Source: an uncultured Gammaproteobacteria bacterium (lineage in GTDB: Bacteria; Patescibacteriota; Patescibacteriia; Patescibacteriales; UBA12465). Taken from it: a stretch of 56,578 nt of DNA. Position numbers and translations under genes: made by a program. The stretch is from positions 1-56,578 of the forward strand of contig CAZMYU010000005.1 in assembly GCA_964570655.1 (NCBI GenBank). The letters run 5' to 3'. The notes under the pieces were generated by a model. That model had not been told where the DNA came from. It was given only the letters and a program-made list of their open reading frames with translations, and made no database searches. Position 1 is the first letter of the stretch, and every line of letters starts with the position of its first letter. Below, piece by piece: positions 26,523 to 36,874 of the stretch.

Positions 26523-28721
26523 TTATTTTTTAAACCTTTTAAGCAATAGGGAATTGGAGACCACCGAAACAGAAGAAAGGGCCATGGCTAGACCAGCCAA
26601 TTCTGGTTTGAGGATGAGTCCCCAACCAGCAAAGACTCGAGCGGCAATCGGAATGCCGATGATATTATAAATCAAAGCAAAAAATAAATTTTGTTTTATT
26701 TTACTCATTGTTTTCTTGGATAATTTAAGAGCCGTGAAAATATCGTTTAAATCATTTCTAACAATGACAATTCCTCCTGATTCTAAAGCAATATCCGTAC
26801 CCGAACCCATAGCAATTCCTAAATCAGCGGCCATCAGCGCTGGAGCATCGTTGATACCATCGCCAACCATGGCCACAATCTTGCCCTGTTTTTTTAGTTC
26901 CTGAATTTTGGCCGCTTTTTCTACGGGTTTGACCTCGGCGATAACATTATCAATGTCAATTTCCTGGGCAATGGCTAGAGCCGTAGTCCGGTGATCACCG
27001 CTGAGCATATAAATTTCTAAGCCCTGTTTTTTTAATTTGGCCATAACCTCTCTGGCATTTTCCCGGGGAACATCAGCGACATCAATTTCGCCCAAAAGTT
27101 TGTCACTCGTACTTAAAAAAATTGAGGCGCCTTGATAATTTTCTGATTCTTCAATATTTAGATTGGTTTGTTCTTTGATTAACTCTCTGTTACCCAAAAA
27201 ATATTTTTGACCGTTAATTATGCCGGTTACCCCAGTTCCGGGGAAGGCTGCAAAATCTTCAACACTTTCAAATTTGATATTTTCAGCTTTAGCATAATTA
27301 ATAATGGCTTCAGCTAGGGGATGTTCAGAATTGTTTTCTAGGGCCGCCGCCACAGCTACGATTTGATGTTTGCTTAAATCGTTAAACGATTTAATATTAG
27401 TAATTTTGGGCTGACCCTTGGTTAGGGTGCCGGTTTTATCAAAAACAATCGTGGTAATTTCTGAGGCTATTTGGAGAGGCTCACCACCTTTGATTAGAAT
27501 TCCATATTTGGCTCCTTGACCAGTGCCGACCATCAGAGCTGTAGGAGTGGCTAGTCCTAGAGCACAAGGGCAGGCAATTACCAAAACTGAAGTCATGGCC
27601 ATAAGGCTGAAATTAAGTCCGGCTCCTAGCCAAAAATACCAGATCAAGAAAGTTAGTCCAGCAATAATTAAAACTCCCGGGACAAAGTAGGCCGAGATTT
27701 TATCAGCTAGATTTTGAATTGGGGCTTTAGACCCTTGGGCATCATCTACTAATTTGATAATTTGAGCTAGCACAGTGTCAGCTCCCAAGCGATCGGCTCG
27801 AAACTCAAAGGAACCATTTTTGTTTATAGTAGCACCGATAACTCGATCGCCAATATTTTTAGCCACTGGTAAGCTCTCGCCACTAATCATAGATTCATCA
27901 ATAGCTGAAGCACCTTTAATAATTAGACCATCAGCTGGGACTTTTTCTCCAGGACGAACCAAAATAGTATCGCCAATTTTGACCTCTTCAATATTGATTT
28001 CCAAATACTGACCATCTTTTAAAACCCGAGCTTGCTTGGGACTCAAATCCATTAATTTAGAGATAGCTTCGGAAGTTCGATTTTTAGCCTTCATTTCTAG
28101 CCATTTGCCCAAACTGACAAAAGCGATTAGAAAGGCTCCGGTTTCAAAATACAAATCCGGAATCATCATGCCTTCTAAGCCAACTAGACTATGATTAGTG
28201 AAAATATAGATCAAATAATTACTAAAACTATAAAAGAAAGCAGCGCTAGTACCAATCGCAATTAGGCTATCCATATTAAAGGTTTTGGCCTTGAGTCCAC
28301 TCCAAAAACCTTTATAAAATCCAGCGCCAATAATAAATTGGGAGGGAATAGCTAGTAGTAATGAGATAATTCCTGCATAAGAGCGACCGTAATCAAAAAC
28401 CATAAAATACATCATCGGAATAGCCAGCGCAAAAGCCCAGATGGTTTGGCGCAAATGATCTTTTTGCATTTTTTCCTTTTTTTGTTTATCGGCCTCTTTA
28501 TCAACAGTTAATATTTCTTCAGCCTTATAACCAGCTTTTTTAACAGCTTGAATGAGGGTCTGACTATTTATCTGACTATCATCAATGAGTGCCCAAGCCT
28601 TGTCGCTGGCCAAATTAACAAAAACTTCTTGAACACCCGGAGTTTTTTGCAGGCGACTTTGAATGAGATTGGCACACGAAGCACAATGCATGCCGGAAAT
28701 ATTTAAATTAATTTTTTTCAT
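26523..28721 (-). CDS. copA: Cu(I)-translocating P1B-type ATPase
   Basis: [40 protein letters not shown] and MALSS motifs. Confidence 0.95.
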   Translation of the reverse strand: MKKINLNISGMHCASCANLIQSRLQKTPGVQEVFVNLASDKAWALIDDSQINSQTLIQAVKKAGYKAEEILTVDKEADKQKKEKMQKDHLRQTIWAFALAIPMMYFMVFDYGRSYAGIISLLLAIPSQFIIGAGFYKGFWSGLKAKTFNMDSLIAIGTSAAFFYSFSNYLIYIFTNHSLVGLEGMMIPDLYFETGAFLIAFVSLGKWLEMKAKNRTSEAISKLMDLSPKQARVLKDGQYLEINIEEVKIGDTILVRPGEKVPADGLIIKGASAIDESMISGESLPVAKNIGDRVIGATINKNGSFEFRADRLGADTVLAQIIKLVDDAQGSKAPIQNLADKISAYFVPGVLIIAGLTFLIWYFWLGAGLNFSLMAMTSVLVIACPCALGLATPTALMVGTGQGAKYGILIKGGEPLQIASEITTIVFDKTGTLTKGQPKITNIKSFNDLSKHQIVAVAAALENNSEHPLAEAIINYAKAENIKFESVEDFAAFPGTGVTGIINGQKYFLGNRELIKEQTNLNIEESENYQGASIFLSTSDKLLGEIDVADVPRENAREVMAKLKKQGLEIYMLSGDHRTTALAIAQEIDIDNVIAEVKPVEKAAKIQELKKQGKIVAMVGDGINDAPALMAADLGIAMGSGTDIALESGGIVIVRNDLNDIFTALKLSKKTMSKIKQNLFFALIYNIIGIPIAARVFAGWGLILKPELAGLAMALSSVSVVSNSLLLKRFKK

Positions 28722-28733
28722 AATATTTATTGA

Positions 28734-30092
28734 TTATTTAGCAATGACGTTAAAATAACCACGATACATACCCATGGAACAAGAAAAATTTAGGCGTCCC
28801 ACTTGAGTCGGGGTGAATTCAATAATGTTGACACCGGCTTTCAGGTTTTTTCGAATATTCATGGAGGACATCAAAATACTAGCCGCACAAGAATACGGTT
28901 CCTGAGCATCTATTTCCCAACGGACTGGCATATTTTTGTAAACAGTGAAGCTAGCTGGCGTATAGCCATAACTATCTTCCACCATTCTAACTACTTGTAC
29001 GCCATTTTCTATTTTGACATTAGGATCTAAATTTTTGACATCTTTAACTCGGTCTATTTTTTGAGTGGGGCTCTTGGGAATATTAAAACCGGCCAAATGC
29101 CAGCCATTATTAATATTAAAAACTGCAAAAACAATTAGAATTAATCCGGCCACCTTAAAAAATCTTCTTTGAAAATTGCCCGAAGCGATAGCTGAGATCC
29201 CGCCAATACTTAAAAGCCCGGCTGTCGTGCCAATAGCAAAGAGTCCCATAACTAAAGCTCCGCCAATAAAACTACCGGTTCCCACAGCATAAATTTGCAT
29301 GGCCTGAGTAAAACCACAGGGCAAGAAAAAAGTCAGGGCCCCCAGACCCATCGCACCAAGATGATTATAATTATTATTTTTTTGTTTATTTAGTTTTCGA
29401 CCAAAATGTTTAGGCAAAATAATTTTGATTTTTTCTAAAATTGGAAAGATATTCAAAATCTGCAGACCCATTAGCAACAGAACTAGCCCAATTAATATTG
29501 TTAAAATTCCCAAAGCCAGAGAAGAGAATTGAAAAGCCGAGCCAATCCACCCCAAAAGACCACCTAAAATCATAAAACCAATAAAGCGCCCAAGATTAAA
29601 AAATAAATGAGGAATAAATTTTTGCGAAGAGCTAGCTTCAGGATGTTTTTGATTATAAGATCCAGCTACTCCCAAAACTAGACCACCAACTAGGGCTAAA
29701 CAACTAGAAAAACCGGCACTCAATCCAATCAAAATGACAATCGGCCAAGTAAGCGACTCGGCGTCTATTTTGAAACCTTTGTCTAAACCACTAAGTTTAT
29801 AAATTCCCAGCAAGACAATAATAATTGCTCCGGCCACGAGCCAATCTAGCCATTTTTTTGAATTAGGCTGAGTCGGATTATTGTTTTTGCTAGTTAATGA
29901 GTAGCCAGCTTCCACAATGGCTTTATCAATTTGATTCCAATCTGGTTCTTGTTCATAATAAATTTCTCCCCGACCTTGGCGAAAACTGAATTTGGCATCC
30001 TTAACCTTGTCTATCTCCTTGGTTTTATCTTCTAGGATCAATTCACAAGACCGACAATGCAGTCCGCTGACTAATATTTCTTTTTTGAGCAT
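28734..30092 (-). CDS. HMA-DsbD_2/TauE-like-cupredoxin fusion
   Basis: GLHCRSC; GFSSCLALVGG; FFLPCGFTQAM; YSC...FSCSMGMYRG. Confidence 0.85.
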   Translation of the reverse strand: MLKKEILVSGLHCRSCELILEDKTKEIDKVKDAKFSFRQGRGEIYYEQEPDWNQIDKAIVEAGYSLTSKNNNPTQPNSKKWLDWLVAGAIIIVLLGIYKLSGLDKGFKIDAESLTWPIVILIGLSAGFSSCLALVGGLVLGVAGSYNQKHPEASSSQKFIPHLFFNLGRFIGFMILGGLLGWIGSAFQFSSLALGILTILIGLVLLLMGLQILNIFPILEKIKIILPKHFGRKLNKQKNNNYNHLGAMGLGALTFFLPCGFTQAMQIYAVGTGSFIGGALVMGLFAIGTTAGLLSIGGISAIASGNFQRRFFKVAGLILIVFAVFNINNGWHLAGFNIPKSPTQKIDRVKDVKNLDPNVKIENGVQVVRMVEDSYGYTPASFTVYKNMPVRWEIDAQEPYSCAASILMSSMNIRKNLKAGVNIIEFTPTQVGRLNFSCSMGMYRGYFNVIAK

Positions 30093-30106
30093 AGGGATAA
30101 AATTAA

Positions 30107-30379
30107 TTATTTATTATAAAGACGATTAACCTTGAGAATTTCGTCAGTCATTTTTTGTTTGAGTTTTTCGTTTTTGGAAGCCATGGCGTTTTTAAAGCAA
30201 GAATTTAAATGGCCAGTCATTAGTTGCTCATGGGCTGATTTGAGTAGGCCAATCACGGCCAAGTTTTGCTGCATAATGTCGATGCAATATTCATTATCCT
30301 TGGTCATACCAATAATTTTTTCCAGTAGGGAAGAGGCTTTTTTGAAACTAATTAAAGTTTTGGTTTTGGGGTCAAGCAT
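30107..30379 (-). CDS. csoR: CsoR-family copper-sensing repressor
   Basis: YCIDIMQQ...GHLNSC (Cys-His-Cys fingerprint); heads the copA operon. Confidence 0.88.
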   Translation of the reverse strand: MLDPKTKTLISFKKASSLLEKIIGMTKDNEYCIDIMQQNLAVIGLLKSAHEQLMTGHLNSCFKNAMASKNEKLKQKMTDEILKVNRLYNK

Positions 30380-30403
30380 AGTTGTAAAATATTAATTATA
30401 AAT

Positions 30404-30458
30404 TATACCAATACCTGGGGTATAGGTATAGTATATTCGCAAAACAAATGACCGTCAA
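30404..30458 (-). promoter_or_regulatory. csoR promoter with CsoR-type operator
   Basis: TTGACG(30458-30453)-17bp-TATACT(30435-30430); nested inverted repeat TATACC/ATACC-tgg-GGTAT/GGTATA at 30404-30430. Confidence 0.75.
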
Positions 30459-30484
30459 GGACACTAGTATTAATTAACGATAAT

Positions 30485-30513
30485 TTGACAAAAGCGCCAG
30501 ATTTTATTAAGAT
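30485..30513 (+). promoter_or_regulatory. hppA promoter
   Basis: TTGACA-17bp-TAAGAT. Confidence 0.65.
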
Positions 30514-30575
30514 AACAGGCTTGTTCTTTAACAATCATTTCTCTAAATATTTTTTCAACCTCAAAAAATTAATCG

Positions 30576-32960
30576 ATGAAAAAAATTCTGTTTGTCTCAA
30601 TTTTTTTATTTCCGCTCCTGGCCTTGGCTAGCGAAGCGGATTTAAAAATTCCCGATTTAAATCCCCAGCAAAGCAATTTATTGCTTTGGGGCTTACTGAT
30701 CTGTGTAGGTGGCTTGATCTTCGCCGCCTATCAATTCTTTAAAGTCAAAAAACTTCCGGCACACGAATCGATGTTAGAAGTAGCGAGCGTAATCTTTGCT
30801 ACTTGTAAGACCTACCTAAAACAGCAGGGCAAGTTTCTAATTGTATTATTTGCCTTTATTGGATCTTGCGTGGCCTTTTATTTTGGCATCTTACAAGATA
30901 ATCCATTTAGTGGAGTAATGCTGATTCTGCTCTGGGTCATCATTGGCATCTTGGGATCCTACGCTGTAGCCTGGTTTGGGATTCGGATGAATACCCTGGC
31001 CAATTCTCGAATGGCCTTTGCCTCACTGAGACGTCAACCCTTGAAATTGCTAGACATCCCCTTGGATTCTGGTATGAGTATTGGGGTGATGCTCGTCAGC
31101 GTGGAGCTGATTATGATGTTGGTGATTTTACTTTTTATCCCGCGGGAATATGCGGGAGCTTCGTTTATCGGCTTCGCTATTGGTGAGTCTTTGGGCGCTT
31201 CGGCCCTGAGAATCGCTGGCGGAATCTTTACCAAGATTGCCGATGTTGGTTCTGACCTAATGAAGGTTGTTTTCGGAATCAAAGAAGATGACCCAAGAAA
31301 TCCGGGGGTAATTGCTGACTGCACTGGTGATAATGCCGGTGACTCAGTTGGACCAACTGCTGATGGCTTTGAAACTTATGGAGTGACCGGCGTGGCGCTT
31401 ATTAGTTTTATAGTCTTGGCCGTTCCTAATGTGGAGCTCCAAGCCACCTTATTGTTTTGGATTTTCTCTATGAGAATTCTGATGGTCCTCACTTCAGTTT
31501 TGGCCTTTGGAATCAATAAGGTTTATAGCCGAATAAGATTCGGCCATCAGGATGATCTGGACTTTGAGAAACCACTTAGCAACCTGGTTTGGATAACTTC
31601 AATATTATCCATAGCTATGACCTTTGCGGTTACTTATTGGCAATTAGGTTCTTTGCCTAATGATCTCTGGTTAGTATTATCAGTTATTATTTCCTGCGGA
31701 ACCTTGGGGGCAGCTTTGATTCCGGAATTTACCAAAATTTTCACCTCACCCAAATCCAAACACGTCCAAGAAATTGTGAGTGCCTCTCGCGAAGGCGGAG
31801 CTAGTTTAACAATTCTGTCTGGACTAGTGGCTGGAAACTTTTCCGCTTTTTGGAAAGGCTTGGTAATCGTCGGACTTATGTTTTTGGCTTTTATAGCTAG
31901 TAATTATGGTTTGGAAGATTACATGATCTATCCATCGGTGTTTGCCTTTGGACTGGTCGCCTTCGGATTCTTAGGCATGGGTCCAGTGACTATTGCGGTG
32001 GACAGTTATGGCCCGGTCACCGACAATGCTCAGTCGGTTTATGAACTAAGCTTGATTGAAGAAACCCCGGGAATTGCCCAAGAAATTGAAGAGGATTTTG
32101 GGTTTAAACCTGATTTCGAAAAATCCAAGTATTACTTGGAAGCCAATGATGGCGCTGGGAATACCTTTAAAGCCACAGCCAAGCCAGTCTTGATAGCCAC
32201 CGCCGTGGTTGGCTCAACTACGATGATCTTTTCACTAATTCTCTTGATCAAGAAAAGTTTTGGTCTGGAGCCAGAGGGAATTTTGAATATCCTAAACCCC
32301 TATACCATTCTGGGTTTCCTCTGCGGTGGAGCAGTAATTTACTGGTTTTCAGGTGCATCAATTCAGGCCGTAACCACTGGCGCCTATCGGGCCGTAGCGT
32401 ATATTAAAAAAAATATTCGCTTGGACGAAAATGCGCCCAAAAAAGCCGATATGGAAAAGTCAAAAGAAGTGGTCAAAATCTGCACACAGTATGCCCAAAA
32501 GGGCATGCTCAACATCTTTGTGGCGCTATTCTCGTTCGCCTTGGCTTTTGCCTTTTTTTCCGCTTCTTCGGCCGACAATCCCCAACCCGCCTCGTTCTTT
32601 ATCAGTTACCTGATCGGTATTGCGGTCTTCGGATTGTACCAAGCCATTTTCATGGCTAATGCCGGGGGTGCTTGGGATAATGCCAAAAAGGTGGTGGAAG
32701 TAGATCTTAAAGAGAAGGGCACTGAACTTCACGCCGCCACTGTAATTGGTGATACCGTGGGCGATCCATTTAAAGACACGTCATCTGTAGCTTTAAACCC
32801 AATTATTAAATTTACAACGCTGTTTGGATTGTTGGCGATGGAAATCGCCATTGCCCCAGCTTTTGTCAGTATCGCTCCCTGGATTGGAGCAATTTTCTTC
32901 GTAGCAGCTTTGATTTTTGTCTGGCGTTCATTTTACGCCATGCGCATCAAGGTCGAATAA
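30576..32960 (+). CDS. hppA: membrane-bound ion-translocating pyrophosphatase, K+-independent type
   Basis: GGIFTKIADVGSDL, EDDPRNPGVIADCTGDNAGD, DSYGPVTDNA, GNTFKAT, GDTVGDPFKDT. Confidence 0.93.
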   Translation: MKKILFVSIFLFPLLALASEADLKIPDLNPQQSNLLLWGLLICVGGLIFAAYQFFKVKKLPAHESMLEVASVIFATCKTYLKQQGKFLIVLFAFIGSCVAFYFGILQDNPFSGVMLILLWVIIGILGSYAVAWFGIRMNTLANSRMAFASLRRQPLKLLDIPLDSGMSIGVMLVSVELIMMLVILLFIPREYAGASFIGFAIGESLGASALRIAGGIFTKIADVGSDLMKVVFGIKEDDPRNPGVIADCTGDNAGDSVGPTADGFETYGVTGVALISFIVLAVPNVELQATLLFWIFSMRILMVLTSVLAFGINKVYSRIRFGHQDDLDFEKPLSNLVWITSILSIAMTFAVTYWQLGSLPNDLWLVLSVIISCGTLGAALIPEFTKIFTSPKSKHVQEIVSASREGGASLTILSGLVAGNFSAFWKGLVIVGLMFLAFIASNYGLEDYMIYPSVFAFGLVAFGFLGMGPVTIAVDSYGPVTDNAQSVYELSLIEETPGIAQEIEEDFGFKPDFEKSKYYLEANDGAGNTFKATAKPVLIATAVVGSTTMIFSLILLIKKSFGLEPEGILNILNPYTILGFLCGGAVIYWFSGASIQAVTTGAYRAVAYIKKNIRLDENAPKKADMEKSKEVVKICTQYAQKGMLNIFVALFSFALAFAFFSASSADNPQPASFFISYLIGIAVFGLYQAIFMANAGGAWDNAKKVVEVDLKEKGTELHAATVIGDTVGDPFKDTSSVALNPIIKFTTLFGLLAMEIAIAPAFVSIAPWIGAIFFVAALIFVWRSFYAMRIKVE

Positions 32961-32985
32961 GCACGAAATTGTTTATTAGCAATCT

Positions 32986-33014
32986 AACCCCAGATTTTCA
33001 TCTGGGGTTTTTTA
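32986..33014 (+). terminator. intrinsic terminator
   Basis: AACCCCAGAT-tttc-ATCTGGGGTT-TTTT. Confidence 0.85.
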
Positions 33015-33097
33015 TTGACAAAGACCACTTGGAGTGCTTAAATAAGTGAGGTTTTAAAAATAAATCAATCGTTGTTTAACAATTAAAATATAAAAAG

Positions 33098-34378
33098 ATG
33101 AGTTTAGAAAAAAACAGAGGTTGGGTCGACATTCTGGTCGGCTTGATCTGGGGCGATGAGGGCAAAGGATCTGTAGTGGATTATTTGGCTCATCGTTACA
33201 AAGTGGTAGCCCGTTTTAACGGGAGCATTAATTGCGGACACACTGTTATCATTGACGGTAAAAAATTTGTGTTTCATCAATTACCGTCAGCCGCCTTACA
33301 TGATGAAGTCATTTTGCTCATCGGTCCAGGTTGTATAGTGGACCTACAGGTTCTCTATGAAGAAATGGAAACCCTGAAAGCCCAAGGGTATCATCCTCAA
33401 TTAAAACTTTCTGATCAGGTGGCCATTATTTTACCACAACATCGAGAACTGGATGCCTGGAGGGATGCCAAGCAAAAACTGGGTACAACTCAAAAAGGCA
33501 ATGGTCCAGCCGCTACCGACCGCTATAGCCGAATAGGAATCAACCTGGAGCATTTTTATAATAAAGAAATACTCCTAAAAAGATTCACAGCTATTGAAGA
33601 GGAAACCAGGAGAACAATTATTGGTAGTACTGAGATTAATCCAGAACTTTGGTATGAGCAAATGGAACCACTGATCGATTATTTTTCCAGGTATCGCTTG
33701 GGAAACACTCCGGTGTTTGTTGAATCTATCTTAAAAGAAGGTGGCCATATTCTGTGCGAAGGAGCTCAGGCCGCTTTCTTGGATATCCTTCATGGCAATT
33801 ATCCTTATGTGACCTCCGGTCACTGTCTCGCGAGCTTTGCACCAGTCTCTTTGGGCTTTTCCGTTAAGCAGGTCAGAGACATTTTCGGAGTAGCCAAAGC
33901 CTACAACACCAGAGTTGGTGAGGGACCCTTTATTACTGAAAACCACGGAGAATGGGGCAAGAGACTCCAAGAACTTGGTTTAGAAAAAGGGGCTTCTACT
34001 GGTCGAGTGCGTCGTTGCGGAGCCTTGGATCTGCCAATGCTTAGACAAGCCATTCTTATGAATGGTATAACCAAATTGATTATTACCAAATTGGACGTCT
34101 TGGGTAAAGCCGGTAAATCAAAGATCTGCCATTCGTACATGGAGAAACATCTTAATGTAGATCATGTTGACAAAGTGCGGTATGCCCCTGGTTCAATTCT
34201 GCAAATGCAAGAAATGAAAGCCTGTTTCTCCGGAGAATTTCCGGAATTTGAGATTGATTCCTCCAAACTGCCAGAAGTAGCCAAACACTACCTGGAGTAT
34301 ATCGAAAGAAATCTCAAAATCCCAATCGCTTTTGTCAAATATGGACCTGAGCGAGATGAAATCATGAGAAGTTTTTAA
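33098..34378 (+). CDS. purA: adenylosuccinate synthetase (divergent)
   Basis: WGDEGKG, EGAQ..LDILHGNYPYVTS, TRVGEGP, TGRVRRCG, TKLDVL. Confidence 0.88.
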   Translation: MSLEKNRGWVDILVGLIWGDEGKGSVVDYLAHRYKVVARFNGSINCGHTVIIDGKKFVFHQLPSAALHDEVILLIGPGCIVDLQVLYEEMETLKAQGYHPQLKLSDQVAIILPQHRELDAWRDAKQKLGTTQKGNGPAATDRYSRIGINLEHFYNKEILLKRFTAIEEETRRTIIGSTEINPELWYEQMEPLIDYFSRYRLGNTPVFVESILKEGGHILCEGAQAAFLDILHGNYPYVTSGHCLASFAPVSLGFSVKQVRDIFGVAKAYNTRVGEGPFITENHGEWGKRLQELGLEKGASTGRVRRCGALDLPMLRQAILMNGITKLIITKLDVLGKAGKSKICHSYMEKHLNVDHVDKVRYAPGSILQMQEMKACFSGEFPEFEIDSSKLPEVAKHYLEYIERNLKIPIAFVKYGPERDEIMRSF

Positions 34379-34385
34379 AAACTTT

Positions 34386-34420
34386 AAACCGTATATTCAT
34401 CAAGAATTATGCGGTTTTTT
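34386..34420 (+). terminator. intrinsic terminator
   Basis: AAACCGTATA...TATGCGGTTTTTT. Confidence 0.6.
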
Positions 34421-34469
34421 AATACTCTTTTATTTATGTTATAATAATGTTATTATAGTTATCCAATCT

Positions 34470-35657
34470 ATGTCTGCCCAACCACTAGCGGCCGCTTTTC
34501 GACCGCAGAACCTAACTGAATTCGTTGGACATGAACACCTGCTCAAACCCGGGGCTTTTTTGCGTGAGGCCATAAAAAACGACCGGGTGCCATCAATTAT
34601 TTTTTGGGGACCACCCGGAACCGGCAAAACTACCTTGGCCTATCTAATTGCTAAAGAAACCAAGGCTGATTTTATTAAATTAAGTGCGACCAGCAGTGGG
34701 GTCAAAGATTTACGGGTCATTATTGATAAAGCCGGATCCAATGAACGACTAAAAATAAAAACCATTTTGTTTATCGACGAAATTCATCGTTGGAACAAAG
34801 CCCAACAAGATGCTTTGCTACCAGAAGTCGAAAGTGGCCGATTAATTTTGATTGGAGCTACTACGGAAAATCCTAGTTTTGAATTAAACTCCGCTTTGAT
34901 TTCGCGCGCTCAAGTAGTGGTTTTAAATTCTTTACAAACTGAAGATCTCAAAAAAATACTCAGACAAGCTATCAAAAAATTGGGTGCTAAAATTAAAATT
35001 AACGACAAAACTCTAGGACTCATCGCTCGTTTTGCCGATGGGGATGCTCGAGTGGCTTTGAATATTTTAGAAAATGCTCGCAGTCAATCAGCTACTATTA
35101 CTAGTGAAATAGTCAAAGAGATAGTTGATCGTCCCAATTTGCTTTATGACAAAAATGGCGAAGAACATTATAATATTATTTCGGCGCTGCACAAATCCAT
35201 TCGTGGAGGTGATGCGATCGCTGGACTCTATTACTTGGCTAGAATGTTAGAGGGCGGGGAAGATCCGCTATATGTTGCCAGACGCCTACTTCGTTTTGCC
35301 TCAGAAGATATCGGGCTCGCCAATAACAGTGCGCTCATGCTCGCTAATAATGTTTTTGAGGCTTGCCAAAAAATTGGATTACCAGAATGCAAAGTTCATT
35401 TGGCTCACTTAGTTGTCTATCTGGCCAAATCGCCTAAAAGTGTTGCAGCTTATCTGGCCTATGAACAAATCAAAGAAGAAGTCGCCAAGACTGGGTCACT
35501 GCCAGTACCGCTACATATTAGAAACGCCCCAACCAAATTAATGAAGGATCTCGGATATAGCCGAGGCTATAAATATACTCCGCTGGTTGATAGTTCTAGT
35601 CAAGAATATTTACCGAAAGAGTTGAAAGACAGTCCGATCCGGAAAATAAAATTATGA
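34470..35657 (+). CDS. rarA: replication-associated recombination protein A (AAA+)
   Basis: [58 protein letters not shown]. Confidence 0.95.
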   Translation: MSAQPLAAAFRPQNLTEFVGHEHLLKPGAFLREAIKNDRVPSIIFWGPPGTGKTTLAYLIAKETKADFIKLSATSSGVKDLRVIIDKAGSNERLKIKTILFIDEIHRWNKAQQDALLPEVESGRLILIGATTENPSFELNSALISRAQVVVLNSLQTEDLKKILRQAIKKLGAKIKINDKTLGLIARFADGDARVALNILENARSQSATITSEIVKEIVDRPNLLYDKNGEEHYNIISALHKSIRGGDAIAGLYYLARMLEGGEDPLYVARRLLRFASEDIGLANNSALMLANNVFEACQKIGLPECKVHLAHLVVYLAKSPKSVAAYLAYEQIKEEVAKTGSLPVPLHIRNAPTKLMKDLGYSRGYKYTPLVDSSSQEYLPKELKDSPIRKIKL

Positions 35658-36874
35658 ACAAAAAATTAATTATATTACTCACGGTTTTTATCGATGTTTT
35701 AGGTTTGGGAATTATTATTCCCATTATGCCTTTTTATGTTGCCCAATTTTCCACTTCGCCAATAATTATTACCGCTCTGTTTGCGGTGTTTGCGGCTTGC
35801 GCTTTTTTTAGCGCTCCATTTTTGGGCGCTTTATCTGACAAAATTGGTCGGCGCCCGGTTTTAATTATTAGTATTTTTTCTAGTGCTTTGGGTTGGCTAA
35901 TGTTTGCTTGGGCTCCTAGTTTAATTTTTTTATTTGTCGGCCGAATCATTGATGGCTTGGCGGCGGGTAATTTTTCCATCGCTCAAGGATATCTAAGTGA
36001 TATCTCCAAAACCCCCAAAGAACGCACAGCTAATATGGGACTGATTGGAGCGATCTTTGGAGTGGGGTTAATTATTGGCCCAGCCTTAGGTGGATTACTA
36101 AGTCTCGTGTCTTTAAGCTTCCCTTTTTGGATTGTCGCCGGATTAGCCTTTATAAATTTTGTTTCCGCTATTTTGTTTTTGCCAGAAACCAACCAGAATA
36201 AGCAAGTCGACAAAAAAATAGAGTTTAATCCTTTTCTACCGATTAGTCGATCATTTAGAAACAAAAATATTCAAGCCAATCTAATAGCTTGGGTACTTTT
36301 TGGTTTGGGTATTAGTTTACTCCAAGCGATTATGGCTCTCTACCTAGCCCGAGCCTTTGGTTTGTCAGCCCATTTCGCTTCTTATATTTTTACCTTTACC
36401 GGAGTTCTACTGGTTATTAATCAAGGATTTTTGTTGCAAAAATTTTGGCTGAAAAAGTTTAACGAAAGATATTTGCAATCAATGATGTTAATCGTTTTCA
36501 CTATTGGCTTCATGATTGTTAGTATCAAATATTTGTGGGTGTTTATTATCGGACTTATCCTGACTACTTTTGGTCAATCCCTCTTGCGAGCCGTAATGAC
36601 TTCGGAAATGCTCAAAAAAGTAGACGATCATCGACACGGTGAAATTCTCGGTGTTAATCATTCGCTGATGTCCCTCACACTCATTATTGGACCACTCCTG
36701 GCTGGCTGGCTATTTAACTGGCAGATGACTTCGCCTTTTTGGTTGGGAGCAATTTTGATGTTCGTAGCTTACTTAGCGCTTAAAATCAAAAAAGATAGAT
36801 ACCAAAAACAAAATCTAGATTTAGAAATAAACACTGAAGAGCTTTATGAAAAAAATATTCCAACTGCAATCTGA
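35654..36874 (+). CDS. MFS transporter (TetA/DHA1-like)
   Basis: Motif A GALSDKIGRRPVL; GRIIDGLAAGN; IIGPALGG; ~12 TM. Confidence 0.9.
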   Translation: MNKKLIILLTVFIDVLGLGIIIPIMPFYVAQFSTSPIIITALFAVFAACAFFSAPFLGALSDKIGRRPVLIISIFSSALGWLMFAWAPSLIFLFVGRIIDGLAAGNFSIAQGYLSDISKTPKERTANMGLIGAIFGVGLIIGPALGGLLSLVSLSFPFWIVAGLAFINFVSAILFLPETNQNKQVDKKIEFNPFLPISRSFRNKNIQANLIAWVLFGLGISLLQAIMALYLARAFGLSAHFASYIFTFTGVLLVINQGFLLQKFWLKKFNERYLQSMMLIVFTIGFMIVSIKYLWVFIIGLILTTFGQSLLRAVMTSEMLKKVDDHRHGEILGVNHSLMSLTLIIGPLLAGWLFNWQMTSPFWLGAILMFVAYLALKIKKDRYQKQNLDLEINTEELYEKNIPTAI

